From the human T2T-CHM13v2.0 reference genome, Homo sapiens, in NCBI RefSeq assembly GCF_009914755.1, contig NC_060927.1: a stretch of 64,000 bases of DNA; one strand, 5' to 3'. The first letter of the stretch is position 1. Every line of letters starts with the position of its first letter. Made by a program: the position numbers and the translations under genes. The notes below the pieces were generated by a model, which saw only the letters and a program-made list of their open reading frames with translations, did no database searches and had not been told where the DNA came from. Below, in pieces: positions 27,930 to 42,012 of this stretch.

Positions 27930-28170
27930 AAGAGGCGGCGTTATGTACTGGTTCAGAGCATGAGTTCTAGAGCCAGACTGCTTGGTTTTGACTCTGGCTC
28001 TCCCACTAAATAGCTCTGTGACTTTGGGTGACTTGCTTAACCTCTCTATGTCTCAGTTTCCTCATCTGTAAAATGGAGAAAATAGTCCTGGCTCATAAGA
28101 TTAAATGGTTTCCTATTTGAAAAGACCTTGGAACAGTACTTGGCACGTCCATGAATTAAAAAATGCTTAA
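27930..28170 (+). mobile_element. MIR
   Basis: tctagagccagactgcttgg...tgtgactttgggtgacttgcttaacctctctatgtctcagtttcctcatctgtaaaatgg. Confidence 0.9.
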
Positions 28171-29307
28171 GTAACTGCAGCACAGAAATACTGCATTTGG
28201 CATATATATGGATTGGTGGATGCACAGATGGACAAACAAATAAAAAGTAGGGAGCAAATTGTAGGCTACTTTTTCTTATATTTCACCAATAAAAAGTAAA
28301 GGCACTTCCCCCAGTTAATGTAATAAGGTTCTCTCTCAGGTCTCAGAATGTTGTGTAGATTTTTTAAACAAAATTGTAATAAAATTTTATTGATGGTATA
28401 CACATACATTAGTTATTATTTTGTAGAGTTTTTAATGCTCAATGTTGATATCAACTTCCTGACTACTATTTTTAAAGAAAGAAGGAAAAACCAAATTGAA
28501 TAGTATCTGTTTTTTCCTTCTTTCTTTAAATCATGTGTTTATGGAATAATCCAGAAGCATAAGAGGCGACTTTTGTGTTAAGCATGAGGTGACTTTCATG
28601 TTAAGCTTTCTCTGGAAGAAGAGAGAACTGGATTTGGACTTTTTCTTTCAAGGAGAAAGAAAAAAATGTTAGTCACATTACAGCCTTGAAAGAATCTTCT
28701 TGAACAGTTCTGGAGGAACAGATTAACTTTGGTGCATGTAGATACAGTAGTTCAGCCTCTGCCACTTAATCTATCCCCAAGGTCTCATGGAGGGAAGAAG
28801 TAGAGGTGACAGCGACTTATTATAATGTAACTGAGTGGTTAGTGAATGTTCTAGAACTCCTATCTTGGTTTGATTGGCTTTTTGTTCATGTTCTTTTAAG
28901 CTTTTGAATTTTGCTAAAAGATAGGTGCTTTGAATCCAGGATCCTAGACAACTTGGGGGCCAATGAATTGATTTCAAGATGGCCTTTTGCTGCTTTGAGG
29001 ATGCAGGCTGATGACTTAGGTCCTGTGTTCATTGATTCTGCTGGAGATGTCCATAGAACGAGGAGGAGAATCTTCGGTTTAATGTCTCCTGATTTATTTT
29101 TAGCAGCTGACCTGGCTAGCTGTGATTTGCTAATTGTCTGTATGTAGTATATGTTTGTAAGTGCTGAGTCGTTTCGAATAAATAGTCTCATATGAAGTGA
29201 GATGATCTACTTGGCCTAGTAGCTGATTCTTTCTGGAATTGATAATGACGAGAGTGAAATTCTATCTTAACAAGTGCAGCAGCTGCCCTAATGGAGAAGG
29301 ACGACGT

Positions 29308-29317
29308 GGAATTTCCC
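29308..29317 (-). promoter_or_regulatory. Consensus NF-kB site (GGGAAATTCC)
   Basis: ggaatttccc in repeat-free sequence; motif evidence only. Confidence 0.3.
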
Positions 29318-30003
29318 ATTGTCTACCTGTACTGTCCTAAAAATATACGACCAATTCCAGTGACTGATAATGATATTGAGACCGAGTGGTTAATAATGGC
29401 TCAAGAAATCCCAGCTTGATTTGACCAGCTTTCCAGCTTTTTTCTTTGGCAGGTGGGGAGTGGGGGATTAAATCTGTTGACTTTTGCAAATACATAATTT
29501 TATAGAATATGTGTCCTAAGAACGAAACTCACTACATTTCTAGGTTCAAACTTACTTTTTTGGGTCCAATGCTCAATATAGGACAAAAAAGAAGAGGAAA
29601 GGAGAAAATATGAAAGAATGTATATTAGTTAACTCAGATTTTTGGATCTGGGTGGATTTCGGATGGTGTTAAATTGGCCTGGGGACTTCTTTATTATTTT
29701 TTTTAATCGTAGCATTGGTTTGTAATATTCATGGTTTAGCCTGAATGACTTAAAGGATTTATTTTTTAATTTAACGTGGGTTAAAAGAACATGAGCAATA
29801 GACCTGCCAATAACTATTTTAAAATATAAACAGATAACTGTTTGTTTTGCTCAAAGGTCACATTGAGGATTCAGAGCTCATGACTCAGGATGGCTATTTT
29901 TCTTAGAGGAATGATTTAGTCAAGTTGAATTGAATAGCTCCTAGGCCACTGACATTTATTCAATTTTGTCTTTAAGATTTGTTTACTTTTTGAACCTGTA
30001 AAA

Positions 30004-30222
30004 CAGGGGTGTCCAATCTTTTGGCTTCCCTAGAAGAAGAATTAGAAGAAGAATTGTCTTAGGCCACACAGAAAATACACTAACAACAGCTTATGAGCTT
30101 AAATAAATAAATAAATAAATAAATAAATGCAAAAAAAAAATCTCATAATGTTTTAAGAAAGTTTACAGATTTGCGTTGGGCTGCATTCAAAGCCATCCTG
30201 GGCCGTGGGTTGGACAAGCCTG
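30004..30222 (+). mobile_element. MER30 hAT-Charlie MITE
   Basis: termini caggggtgtccaa...ttggacaagcctg; perfect 8-bp TSD ctgtaaaa at 29996-30003 and 30223-30230; internal (TAAA)n. Confidence 0.92.
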
Positions 30223-30739
30223 CTGTAAAAGACTGGAATTTAGATACAGCTCATCAAAATATCTTGCTATTCTAAAAGTAATTCTCAATTTCTATTTTTT
30301 CTAAGAAAAATTATTAGACAGTAATGTTAAGTTGCAGCAAGTAGGTTTGCATTTTGGATAGTAATAGTCCCAATTTTATTAAAAGGTTGGCTTATGATAA
30401 CCATAGATTTCTTAATTTTAATTTTATTTATTTTGTTTGCACATACTATTTTACTGATAGTATGTGCAAAAAGATAGTGAGTGAAGCAGTTGGACTAATT
30501 GTTTACACTAAGATTACTTAGGAAGGACTATCTGGCATGTTTATATTACATTCAGCAAATTGTTTATAGTAGGGATCATTTAAATATGCATTACCAATAT
30601 CTCAGGTTTTAGATTTGCCAACCCTGTACGTTGAGATTTTCCAGGATCTTATAATTGCACCGGCTAGTGGTTCTCCCTTGAATAAACTGCAAGACTTTGC
30701 ACTTAGCTAAAAATGACTCACCTTTGAAGGTGGTACGCA

Positions 30740-31190
30740 TTCATTAAAAAAAAAAAAATCAAGTGCGTGCAGTGCACTGTGCACCATGCTAAGCACTGGA
30801 GATAGTGTTGAGTGAGACAAATGTAGTCTCTGCCCCCATAGAACTTACATTCTAGTGGAGTGAGACAGACACCAAGAAGCAAACAATACGTAATGAACAA
30901 GATTACATCAGAGTGATAAACACTGGAAAGAATATAAAATAAGGAGGATGTGATGCAGCATGACTGGGGGTGGGATGGGTGGGCCAGCACTAGATAGGGC
31001 AGTTAGGGAAATCTTCTGGAGGAGGTAACATAGAGGTTGACACTTACAAGTTTAGGAAGAGCTGGCCACTTGTATCTCTGGGGACACAGTATGCTAGCAT
31101 CAGGAACACCAAGGGTAAAAGCTATGATGTAGGTACGTGCAGTGTTGGAGAAACAGTAAGAAAGCTGAACAGCAGGGAGCCTATTGGTGT
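30740..31190 (-). mobile_element. L2 fragment
   Basis: gctaagcactggagatag...tctctgcccccatagaacttacattctagtgg. Confidence 0.75.
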
Positions 31191-31247
31191 GTCTTGGCCC
31201 ATGCACACCTCAGGGAGTAGTCAAGACCATGTAAAAATTAATTTGTT

Positions 31248-31631
<384 letters not shown>

Positions 31632-31948
31632 CTACGAAATTGCAGAGTACGTGTTTCTGGTACCCTGAGTTGTGTTGATGTTCAGTGCTCCCTTTACTCT
31701 CTGTTTGGCTTCAAGATTGAACGGTGCTAGATTTTTTCATGCGGATATTTTTGCGTACCTGTGACTCCACAGACCAGTGTGCTTGTGTGCAGGATTTGGT
31801 GGGTTCATGGTTGTTTATTAAACAAAACTAATCCTATATAGAGGTTTTATTCGTTTGCTAGGGTTGCTGCAACAAAGCACCACAAGCTGAATGGCTTGAA
31901 CGACAGAAATTTATTGTCTCACCTAAATCAAAGTGTCAGCTGAGTTGA

Positions 31949-32255
<307 letters not shown>

Positions 32256-32526
32256 GGGATTGGTTCCTTCTGAAGGCATAGGAAGAAATCCGTTATGCCT
32301 CTTGCCTGGCTCCTGGTGGTTGGCGGGCAGTCTTTGGTGTTCCTTGGCTCTGCTGTATTTCTTCTGCCTTCATGTTTGCGTGTGTTCTTTGTACAGGTGT
32401 GGCCTTCTCCAAATTTACCCTTTTTATAAGAATCTAAGTCATGTCGGAATAGGTCCCACCCCGCTCCAGTATGGCCTCATCTTAACTAATGACAACTGTA
32501 ATGAACGAATTACCAAATGAGTCACG

Positions 32527-32821
32527 TTCTGCATGTTTTTGTCCTCCTGAAATTCCTATGTTGAAACCTGATAACCAAGGTAGTGTTAGGAGCTGGGTAC
32601 TTTGAGAGGTGATTGGGATTAGTGCCCCCTTGTTCCTCCCACCATGGGAGGACACAGCAAGAAGGTGCCATCTGTGAACTAGGGCCCTCACCTGACTCTG
32701 AACCTGCTGGCATCTTGATCTTGGAATTCCAGGCCTTCAGAACTCTGAGAAATACATTTCTGTTGTTTATGGGCCACTTAATTTATGATATTTTTTTAAG
32801 CTGCCTGAACTGTCTAAGACA
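32527..32821 (+). mobile_element. MLT1A-like LTR
   Basis: aaattcctatgttgaaacc...aggacacagcaagaaggtgccatctgtgaac...gaaatacatttctgttgttta...ctaagaca. Confidence 0.8.
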
Positions 32822-34618
32822 CTTTCTGAGCGACTGAGGGTTAGGACTTCAACACAGGAGTTTAAAAAAGGGGTTTTCCAGCGCTAGACAAATTCTAAAA
32901 GAGCTGTAACACTCAGCATAGGAATTTTACAATGGGGACGCAGTTCAGTTCATAAAAGAGGTGCATATAATTTGGCTAAACTCATTGTCTCTCACAAATG
33001 AAAATACGGACAATACCTGCAAACATTTTGAAGCTGTTTAACCCATTTTTTGCTCAGACACCTGGAAGCCACGGCCCCTTTTTTATTTAATAACATCTGG
33101 TGTGTACTGAGCATTGGTAGGCTCCTCTGTGATAAGATCTTGAATGTGTCACCTTGTTGATTCCTCATAAGCACCCTCTGGAGTTTGTTCTGTGAGCAGC
33201 CTCACTTGACAGTTGAGGGAACTGAGGCTTAGTTCCAGAAAGAACCTTCAGCTCATCACCGCAGCCCTAGTTTCAGCATGATTTTTCTTACTGCTAGAGT
33301 TGATAGAATAGTCACAGCCACTAGCACTGGAGCCTGCCCTAGCCACTAATAGCACCTCCACGTAAAAGGTTTCTCATTGTGAGGTTAGTTTCTTATCTTC
33401 CTAATTCTACCACCTAGTCCATTCAATGCCTCCCTTGTTCTTTATCCCTGAGTTTATGTAATATGCAGCAGTACTGAGAAGATTAATTAGTTAATACTTG
33501 TGAAGCACTTTGAGGATGAAAAGCTCATGAACACTTAAAGTTAAATTAAATTTTGCCTCCTGGTGCCAAGAAATAAACAGTCTTTCTCCTTCCTGGTTGG
33601 GGTCAGCATCTCCCCTTGGCCCGCAGGAGAGTGTGTTCCCACAGAGAGCAGGCTGTATTGATTGTCTCCCCAAGACGAAGGTCGGAATGGCTACTAATTC
33701 TCTTTTGAACTAGATTGGATTCTGCAAACAATTGAACAGCTGACTCTATGCTAAGTGGAAATGTGATTGATATTGAAACAGAATTAAAATTTCAACTTCT
33801 AGGGAATTAAATTGAGTGCAACTTCAGAAATTTGGAGATGAATGTCCAAGTGGTTTGAAAAGCAATTTTCATGTTCCACTAAGTATATTAATATCAAAAG
33901 TGATATTGATGTTTGAGAACATTGGGCTGCAGTTGTTTCCTTGTCCTTTTCATTTATTGCCATTTTGACCTAAGGTTTGTGCCAGGAAGTTCAGCTTCAC
34001 TCCTAGTGAATCTGAGTGGCGTAATGCTGGCCCCGTCTTGCTCATTGATTTTCCTGGTAGCCAAATCCCTGTACAACGAACTGTAACATATCCTCAAATG
34101 AACTGCATAAAAGTATGTTGGAGATGGAGAGGAGATCTATAAATTCAGAGGACAAATAAATCAAAAAGTGAATGACTTGTAAGAATTCATAAGCCAAATT
34201 CAGAGCCAATTTGGAAACTGAACCTCAGATTTTTCCAGGGCTGTATTCATTCCTTCCCCTGTTGGATAGATCTTCTAAGAGCCACCCTCAACTCGTGAGT
34301 CTGATAATTGCTTTTCAGATGGACAGTTACCTTAATGAACTCTGACTTTATGTATGAGTAGTAGTTTGTTGCACAGGAGTTGTTTTCCCAGAAGGTATTG
34401 ACCTTTATTCCAGTCTCTACTATGAGCAAACCTCTATCTGTTGAATCAGCTCCTGGAACCTCAGCTCTGAATAAATAAAGAGCTTAAAGGTAAGGAATAG
34501 GTGGGTCAGTTCAGCCAAGTAAGGCCAGATAGAATTAGAGTTGAGAGCCAGGTCAGAGTTGAGAGTGGGGAGAAATAGCCAGGACTATTTGGCCCAGGAA
34601 GCCTGAATGGGGACACAT

Positions 34619-34620
<2 letters not shown>

Positions 34621-34670
<50 letters not shown>
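34621..34670. repeat. perfect (AC)25 microsatellite
   Basis: 50 uninterrupted nt of acac...; likely length-polymorphic. Confidence 0.98.
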
Positions 34671-34672
<2 letters not shown>

Positions 34673-34984
34673 AAACACTCTGCAAAAATTGAGGTGTTTC
34701 CCAGGTTCCTAACCTCCTGAATGCAATGCAGATTCTTTCCTCCACCTTCCCTTCATTGTTCCCATACAACTCTGGCCTGTAATCAGCCCAACCTGGGCCT
34801 GGGCCTTGGCCACTACTAGATATTCTGTTGGCACCAAGAGTAGTCAGGACCAGTTTTCCCTCTCTTAATTTCCTCCTCAGGAGAGTTGAGTGTTTATCAT
34901 ATTCTCTTCTTTTCCTCTCTCTTTCTCTGTTCAGCTTAGGCAATCTTCCATTCTGCAGTCTTTCTCCTAGCTGTGTATCTTGAG

Positions 34985-35205
34985 AGGTAATGCAATGTAG
35001 GTTAAGACTGCCTGAGTTGAATCCTGGCAGTGCCACTTATGACTTGAATGACCTCAAGAAAGACATTTAATCTCTTTACCTCAGTTTCCCCATCTGTAAA
35101 ATGGGGATAATAATACCTATTTCAGTGGAATGTTGTGAGAGTTAAACAAGTTGATATGTGGAAAGCTCGTAGGGTGTGGTCTGTAATGTGTTCAATTAGC
35201 ATTAA
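34985..35205 (+). mobile_element. MIR
   Basis: gagttgaatcctggcagtgccactta...ctcagtttccccatctgtaaaatggggataataatacc. Confidence 0.88.
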
Positions 35206-35632
35206 TTGAAGAGAAGTGGAGTCTCCCCTTCAATTCTTACCTGAGTAACACTGGACAATTTCATACTTTGTTGTCACTATTTTTCTTTAGCTCTTACTCT
35301 TTTTTATCCATTCCTGTAGCACTAGTGATCAGGATAAAAGACGTGATTGCTAATAGAGTAATACCTTGTTGAATTTGTGTAATGTTCCAGGTTGGAGGGG
35401 GGATGATAAAGCCTAAGAAGACCAAGTCCTTTTTTCTTGCAACTTTAAATTGTTGTAGGAAAGGAGACATGTTGATAATGGTTTGCAGTATAACATAGAA
35501 CATGCTAGACTCCAAGTCGAAACTGAGATTAGAGATAGGCGAATGAAGATGACAGTCAACCACGTGCGGTGGGCTTGGGGGCTGAGGTGGGTCATGGAGG
35601 GCTTTATAGGGGAGGTGACGCTTGAGCTAGTT

Positions 35633-35930
35633 TTTTTTTGGTTTCTTTTTTGAGACAGGGTCTTACTCTGCCACCCAGGCTGGAGTGCATGCTGCCATCT
35701 TGGCTCACTGCAACCTCCTCCTGGGCTCAAGTGATCCTCCCACCTCAGCCTCACGAGTAGCTGGGACTACAGGCATGCGTCACCACACCCAGCTAATTTT
35801 TTTGTACTTTTAGTAGAGATGGGATTTCACCATGTTGTCCAGGCTAGTCTTGAATTCCTGAGCTCAAGCGATCCACCTGCCCTGGACTTCCACAGTGTGG
35901 GGGTTACAGGTGTGAGCCACCGTGCCCCAC
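35633..35930 (-). mobile_element. AluJb-like inside an L2 remnant
   Basis: TSD cttgagctagtt at 35621-35632 and 35931-35942. Confidence 0.92.
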
Positions 35931-36389
35931 CTTGAGCTAGTTCTTAAAGGTGTGAGAGGTTCAATGATAGACACTATCAACACTCCCAGTAAGTCACGTA
36001 ATTAAGGTGAGAGTGCTGCTCAGTAGATTTATCAGGTATGTGGTCACTGATTTGAAATCTATGCCAAAGTCGGTGCAGTGAGGTGGGGATGGGAGAGCCT
36101 GAAGGCGCAGACCTGAGAAGAGAAGGAGATTAAGAGTCTGTGATTTTTACATAGTTGGGCCCTGGAGGCCAGGGTCATTACATAGAGTTTGTGTTAAAAC
36201 TTTCTGGTAGCTAGTGATGTTGTTGTGGAGAACCTCAGAAGACAAAATTAAAAACTTTGATGGGAACTGAGACAAAGTAAAAACTAGGCATACTCTACTG
36301 CTGAGATCCTTACTGTCTTTTAGGACTGCATGCTTTCATCTTTTTCTATTTTAACTTCTCTTTTATTCTTCTCCCCTTTGCTCACTCCA

Positions 36390-37320
36390 CAGAGCTTTGC
36401 TGAACACCTATTATGTGCCAGATGCAGGGGATCCCAACTTGGGTTAAGGCATTATTTCTTCCCTGGAGCTAACCTCACCCAAAAGGGGAAGATAGTTGTG
36501 TGAAGAACTAATTGACAGTGTGAAGTGTGGCTGGTAATATAGGGAGCTGTGTGGGAGGAGGAGGTGTGTCTGGGCTAAGAAGGCAGGGATGGCTTCAAGA
36601 TCTTGAAAGTCTTGCCACATGGATAGATAGTGACCAGGTAGACAGAGGCACTCCAGCAAAGGTAACGCAGCCTGCAAAATCAAGGAGATATGGAAGTCCA
36701 TAGTTTGAGTAAGGAATGAGCCATGTTGTGTGGCTGGAATAGAGGGAGCCAGGTGTCAGGCGGATATGGTTCCAGATGAGGCTGAAAATGTTGATGAGGG
36801 CTCTATGAGTGTATTAGGCTTTTCTTGCATTGCTATAAAGAAATACCTCTGAGACTGGGCAATTTATAAAGAAAAGAGGTTTAATTGGCTCACAGTTCTG
36901 CAGTCTGTATAAGCATGGTGCTGGCTTGTGCTTAGCTTTTGGGGAGGCCTCAGGGAACTTTTAGCCATGGTGGAAGGTATGTCACATGGCAAAAGCAGGA
37001 GCAAGAGAAGAATGGGGAGGGGTCACACGCTCTTAAACGACCAGATCTCTAGAGAACTCACTCCATCCATCACCTCCCACCAGGCCCCACCCCTCACACT
37101 GAGGATCACATTTCAGCATGAGATTTGGGTGGAGACAAATATCCAAACTCTATGAATGGGGCAGGTTCTTTGATGCTCTCTTCAAGGCGCATGGACTTTT
37201 ATCTTGTAGAATCCAGGGGGATCCCATGAAAGTTTTTTAAGCTGGAAAGTGACATCATTAAATTTGCCTTATTTTTATTTTAAAGAAAGTTAATTTTGGT
37301 GACAGTGTGGAAGATGTGTT
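36390..37320 (-). mobile_element. L2 fragment interrupted by an MST LTR
   Basis: gctgaacacctattatgtgccag...; resumes ggacttttatcttgtag...tttaagctggaaagtgacat. Confidence 0.65.
36810..37155 (-). mobile_element. MSTA/MSTB-like solo LTR
   Basis: tgtattaggc...gcattgctataaagaaatacct...catgagatttgggtggagacaaatatccaaactcta. Confidence 0.9.
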
Positions 37321-38857
37321 TCCTTATATTTGGCCATATAAAATATAAAATTTGATTTTTAAAACATTTTAAAACAGTTTCTAGTATTCTAACAGTATAA
37401 CAGTATGTTTAGATTTATAAACAAAGGACATTTTATGTTTTTATAAGTCAACTCATTTTTATGACTACGTTTTCAATGGAAAAATGAATATTGAGCGTCA
37501 ACAAACAAAACATTGTGTGACAAGCTTGTGCATTGCTGATTCTCTGTGTTGGCCTCATCCATAAACTAAAGCCTCTTAAACTCAAATCTCTGATGCCTTT
37601 TAGAAATGCCTTTTACTTTCTTTTTGTGTAGTAAGAGGGATCATGGAACCTATGATCTAAAAACTGGGAAGCAATGATGCCATGTGTCTGCAAGCATAGG
37701 TAACACAGCTGTTTTAGAGATGTCTTTAAAAGGGTACATGAGTGTTTTGATATTTGAGAACAGATCTTCCAGCTTGTCATGGGAGTTGCATAGTTTTAGA
37801 AATCAGTCCTTAACCTTAAACTTTGTTCACATTGAACTCTAGAATAGCAGTGGTTTTTGAAGAGCAGTTGTTGAATGCATTTATGCATATTTAATTTTTT
37901 TGAATGGCTATTAAAGACCTAAGACAATTATATTCAGGTTTCAAGGAAAGAACTTCTTGTGGGAGTTTAACATTTTTAAATTGTTGGTTGGTGGAGGGCT
38001 GGTATTTACTGATATTCTTGAGTTAATGAGTCCCAACTATAATAGCCACAATTGTGCTGCCCTTCACTTTGGAGAATTGCGTATTTTTACACTCATACTT
38101 TGAGGCTTACTATTTCAGTATAGAAAACAAATATAGTTGCTGAAAAAAAATGATTAGATTTCAAACTTTATCTGAGGCAAATGTGAGGTCATTAATTAGA
38201 CTTCTTTCAAACTTCTTAAGTTCCCGAGCCTCATGATATTATCAAATTAAAAGGACAGACTATTGAAATGTTAATTTCAGTTCATCATGAATGTTTGCAC
38301 TTCTCATAAAATAGCCATTTCTGTGTTAAAAATGTCTTATAATCTGTGAATAGCATTTAAGAAAGCAATGTGAATGTGAGTGTATTTAAAATCATCCTCT
38401 AAGTAATGCTTTTGGAAGCCAGTGTACAGTCTGACCTAACAATTACAAGTAGACCATGTAACCACTCATTGAAGATGAATGATGTTTTTATGCTACAAGA
38501 ATTAAAGACTGTTTCTTAAAAGAAAACAAGAGACTGCTTTTTTAGTTTTTAACCACCTGTACAGCAAATCATGAATAGGAGAATCTGAATGCCTGATAGC
38601 CTTCTGTATTATTTTGCTTATTTATATATTTATTTTACAATAAACTTTAAAATGATATTTAATTCTACAGTAGCTGTGGATAGATCAACCACATTCTGTA
38701 TAATCTAGATTTTTCTTAAAGCTCCCTTTTCTTGCCCTATCAATTACTTACCGTCCATATTTGGCCATTTTGGGGAGCCAAGTTGTCCCCACGTATCAGT
38801 GGTGATAACTGGATCAGAAGAAAGTTGATCAAATCCAAGTGTGTTTTTATATATGAT

Positions 38858-39291
38858 GCATCAGTTATCTTTGACACATAGCAGTTCCAAAACCTCAGGC
38901 AGACACAACAAGAAGTGCTTTTTTGTACATGTGTCTGTGGTCACAGAGGTTCTGCTGATCTTGGGTGAGCTTACCCATGTGCCTGAGGGTTGGCTTGCTG
39001 TTGGACAGAGTGAGGTGACTGAATGACTTGGCTCTGCTCCATCTGTCTCTCATTCTTCAGCAGTTGTGGCAATGACAGTGGCTCTAGAGAGCTAGCCCCG
39101 TGCACAAGTCCGTGCAGCCTTTGTTTGTGTCATATCTGCTGACCAAAGCATGTCTCTTTGGGCTGAGTCCAAAGTCAAGGGGCAGAGCCGGCCTGCCCAC
39201 CTATGGTAAATTGGCATTACAAAGTTTCATGTCAGAGGGCATGGATACAAGGAGGAGTGAAGAGCTGGGACTAAATGATGCAGTTCACTAC
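38858..39291 (-). mobile_element. MLT1J-like old LTR
   Basis: ttctgctgatcttggg...ggcatggatacaaggaggagtgaagagctggga. Confidence 0.65.
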
Positions 39292-39335
39292 ATAAGATTT
39301 AGAATTTTTATTGATAACACGTAATTTCACTTCTT

Positions 39336-39658
39336 TTTCTTTTTTTCTCTTCTCTTCTCTTCCCTTTTTTTCTTTTGTTTCTTTGGAAAGGGTCTTGCTC
39401 TGTCACCCAAGCTGGAGTGCAGTGGCATGATCACAGCTAACTGTAGCCTTGACCTCTGGGGCTCAAGCAATCCTCCCGTCAGTCTCCCGAGTAGCTGGGA
39501 CTACAGGCACATGTTACCACGCCTGGTTTAAGTTTTTAAAATTTTATGTAGAACTGCTACATTGCCCAGGCTGGTCTTGAACTCCTGGGCTCAAGCAATC
39601 CTCCTGCCTGGGCCTCCTAAAGTGCTGGGATTATAGGTGTGAGCCACCACACCCGGCC
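39336..39658 (-). mobile_element. AluJ
   Basis: TSD t(a/g)atttcacttctt at 39322-39335 and 39659-39672. Confidence 0.92.
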
Positions 39659-40084
39659 TGATTTCACTTCTTACCTACCACACGTGTTGTCTCCCTTCTT
39701 TAGGCCTTCATCAGGGAATATTTGGGGGTAAAGAACAGAAACCCACTCAAGTTGCTTGAAGATTACCATAAACAGAACAGGGAAGCTCACAGGCCTATAA
39801 AAATAGGAAACCTAGAATGGGCAGGTCTCACCAGAACTGGGACTGCTAGATGTTAGACTTTGAGACCCTTCTTTCATCTCTGCTCCTCTCTGTTTCTCCC
39901 CCTCTGCCCCACTCCCTACTCTTATGACCCCTTGTGGCCACATCAATTTTAATTGTATGCAGTTGTGTGGCTCAAGCACCTACTATGAATTTAGGGATAT
40001 GAATTAGACCTCACTGTCTGAGTCTAATTCATTTCCCTAAATCCTAGCTCATGGATTAGTTATTCCTGAGTCTACTTGTGAGTC

Positions 40085-42012
40085 TCCTAGAGCTGAGTGC
40101 TCAGTCTTCATCTCTTTCTTTACTTTGCTTATTGAGCGGGTCCAGTCCTATGACTTGAAATGCTGTCTTGATGCTGATGACTCATAAGTTTCTGTCTTCA
40201 GCCTAGACTTCTCCCTTGAACTCCAGACTCACATATACTACATCCTACTCCACATGTCCATTTGGATGTATCTCATAGGCATCTCAAACTTACACCCACA
40301 TAGACCACTTGATTTCCTCCTCATAATTTGCCTCTCCCAGTCTTTTCTCAGTAAATGGCAATTTCAGTTTTCCAGTTATTTAAATGTCGGAATCAAATCC
40401 TTGGTTAAATATTCATACTTTAAAATTATATGCATATATTATAGTTCTAATATAGTATATATATTATAAAAGAACGCAAATTTGCAAGCTTCATGTGACA
40501 CTGATTAAGTAAACTAGATCTTTAATGTCTGGCTAATTAGGATGCTTCATATTTTTATTTACTAATATCACAAGCATAATAGATAATGTGAGTTTCATTT
40601 TTTAAAAATTGTGGTAAAAACAGATAATACAAAATTTACCATTTTAACCATTTTTAAGTGTAAAGTTCAGGAGTGTTAGGCATATTCACATTGCTGTGAG
40701 ACAGATCTCCAGAACTTTTTCATCTTGCAGATCTGAAGTTCTGTTCGCATTAAACAGTAAGTCCCCTTTTCCTGCTCTTCCCAGCTGCTAGTAACTACCA
40801 TTCTACATTCTGGTGTCTATGAATTTGACTACTTTAGATACCTCATATAACTGGAGTCATATTGTATTTGTGTTTTTGTGACTGGCTTATTTCCCATAGC
40901 AGAATGTCTTAATAGTTGATCAGTGTTGTAGCATGTAACATGATTTCCTTCATTTTTAAGGTGAAATAATACTCCACTGTATGTGTACACCATGTTTGGT
41001 TTATCCATTCATTTATCACGGGGCATCTGGGTTGCCTCTACCTTTTGACGATTGGGATTAGTGCTGCTATGACCATGGGCGTGCAAATCTCTTTGAGACC
41101 CTGCTTTTAATTTCTTTGGCTATATACCAGAACCGGAATTACTAGATTATATAGTAGCTCTACTTTTGATTTTTTGAGGAAACTCCATACTGTTTTCCAT
41201 TACAGTTGTTTCGTTTTATAATCTCGCCAACAGTGTACAAGGGTTCTAATTTCTCCACATCTATCCAAACCTTGGAGTCTTTTTTTGGCTTCTCTATTTC
41301 ATGCCCTAATCTAGTCCCTCAGTAAATCCTCTTGACTTATATTTGAAATATATCCTACATCTGACTGCTTCCCATCTATCACTGTCACCTTTTTCTGAGT
41401 CACCATTGGCTCTTGTCTGGACTATGATACTAGTCTTCTCACTGGTCTCCTGGTCTCAATCCTTGCCCCCCTACAGTCTGATCTCCATAGAACAACCAGA
41501 GTAGTAATTTAAGAATATAAGCTACATATTGTCATTCCTCTGCTTAAAACTTTCTAATGACTCCCATCACACACTGAGGATAAAATTCAAAGTTGTTTCC
41601 TTGGTTTATAATGTCTTAAAAATTCTCATTCCTTTGCTTGCCTGGCTTCAGACACACTGGTTTTTGTACTTGCCTTAAACACACTAAGATTGTCCCTGCC
41701 TCAGGGCCTTTGTCCTCGATGTTTCCTCCACCTGGGTGTCTGTATTCACAGACATTTGCCCTTCACAGAGGCCTTTCCAAACAGCCTTCTCTTAAAAAGG
41801 TACTCACTGTCAACTTTTTCTATTCTCTTACCGTACTTTCTTTTCCTCTGTGCACTTGCCACTTTCTGACATCGTAGTGTATTTATTTGTGACTTTCTTA
41901 TGGCTGTTTTCCCCAAGAGAATGTAAACACCATGAATACAGGGATTCTATCTCAGCATCTGAAAGAATGTCTGATACTGAAAAGATGCTCAATAACTATT
42001 TGTGGAATGAGT
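40085..42012 (+). mobile_element. L2a-like element interrupted by an L1MB
   Basis: gctgatgactc...ctccagactcacatat...ggcatctcaaact; ends gatgctcaataactatttgtggaatgag. Confidence 0.8.
40598..41262 (-). mobile_element. L1MB 3' end
   Basis: aattgtggtaaaa...aaaatttaccattttaaccatttttaagtgta...cagatctccagaacttttt. Confidence 0.88.

Noticed and set aside
27675-28170. Head-to-head MIR pair as a dsRNA hairpin
   Set aside because: The copies look too diverged for a long stable duplex.
34506-35036. Longest ORF (176 aa, - strand)
   Set aside because: It starts in a MIR and runs through the (AC)25 repeat (poly-VC) and a CT-rich tract, with no domain-like content.
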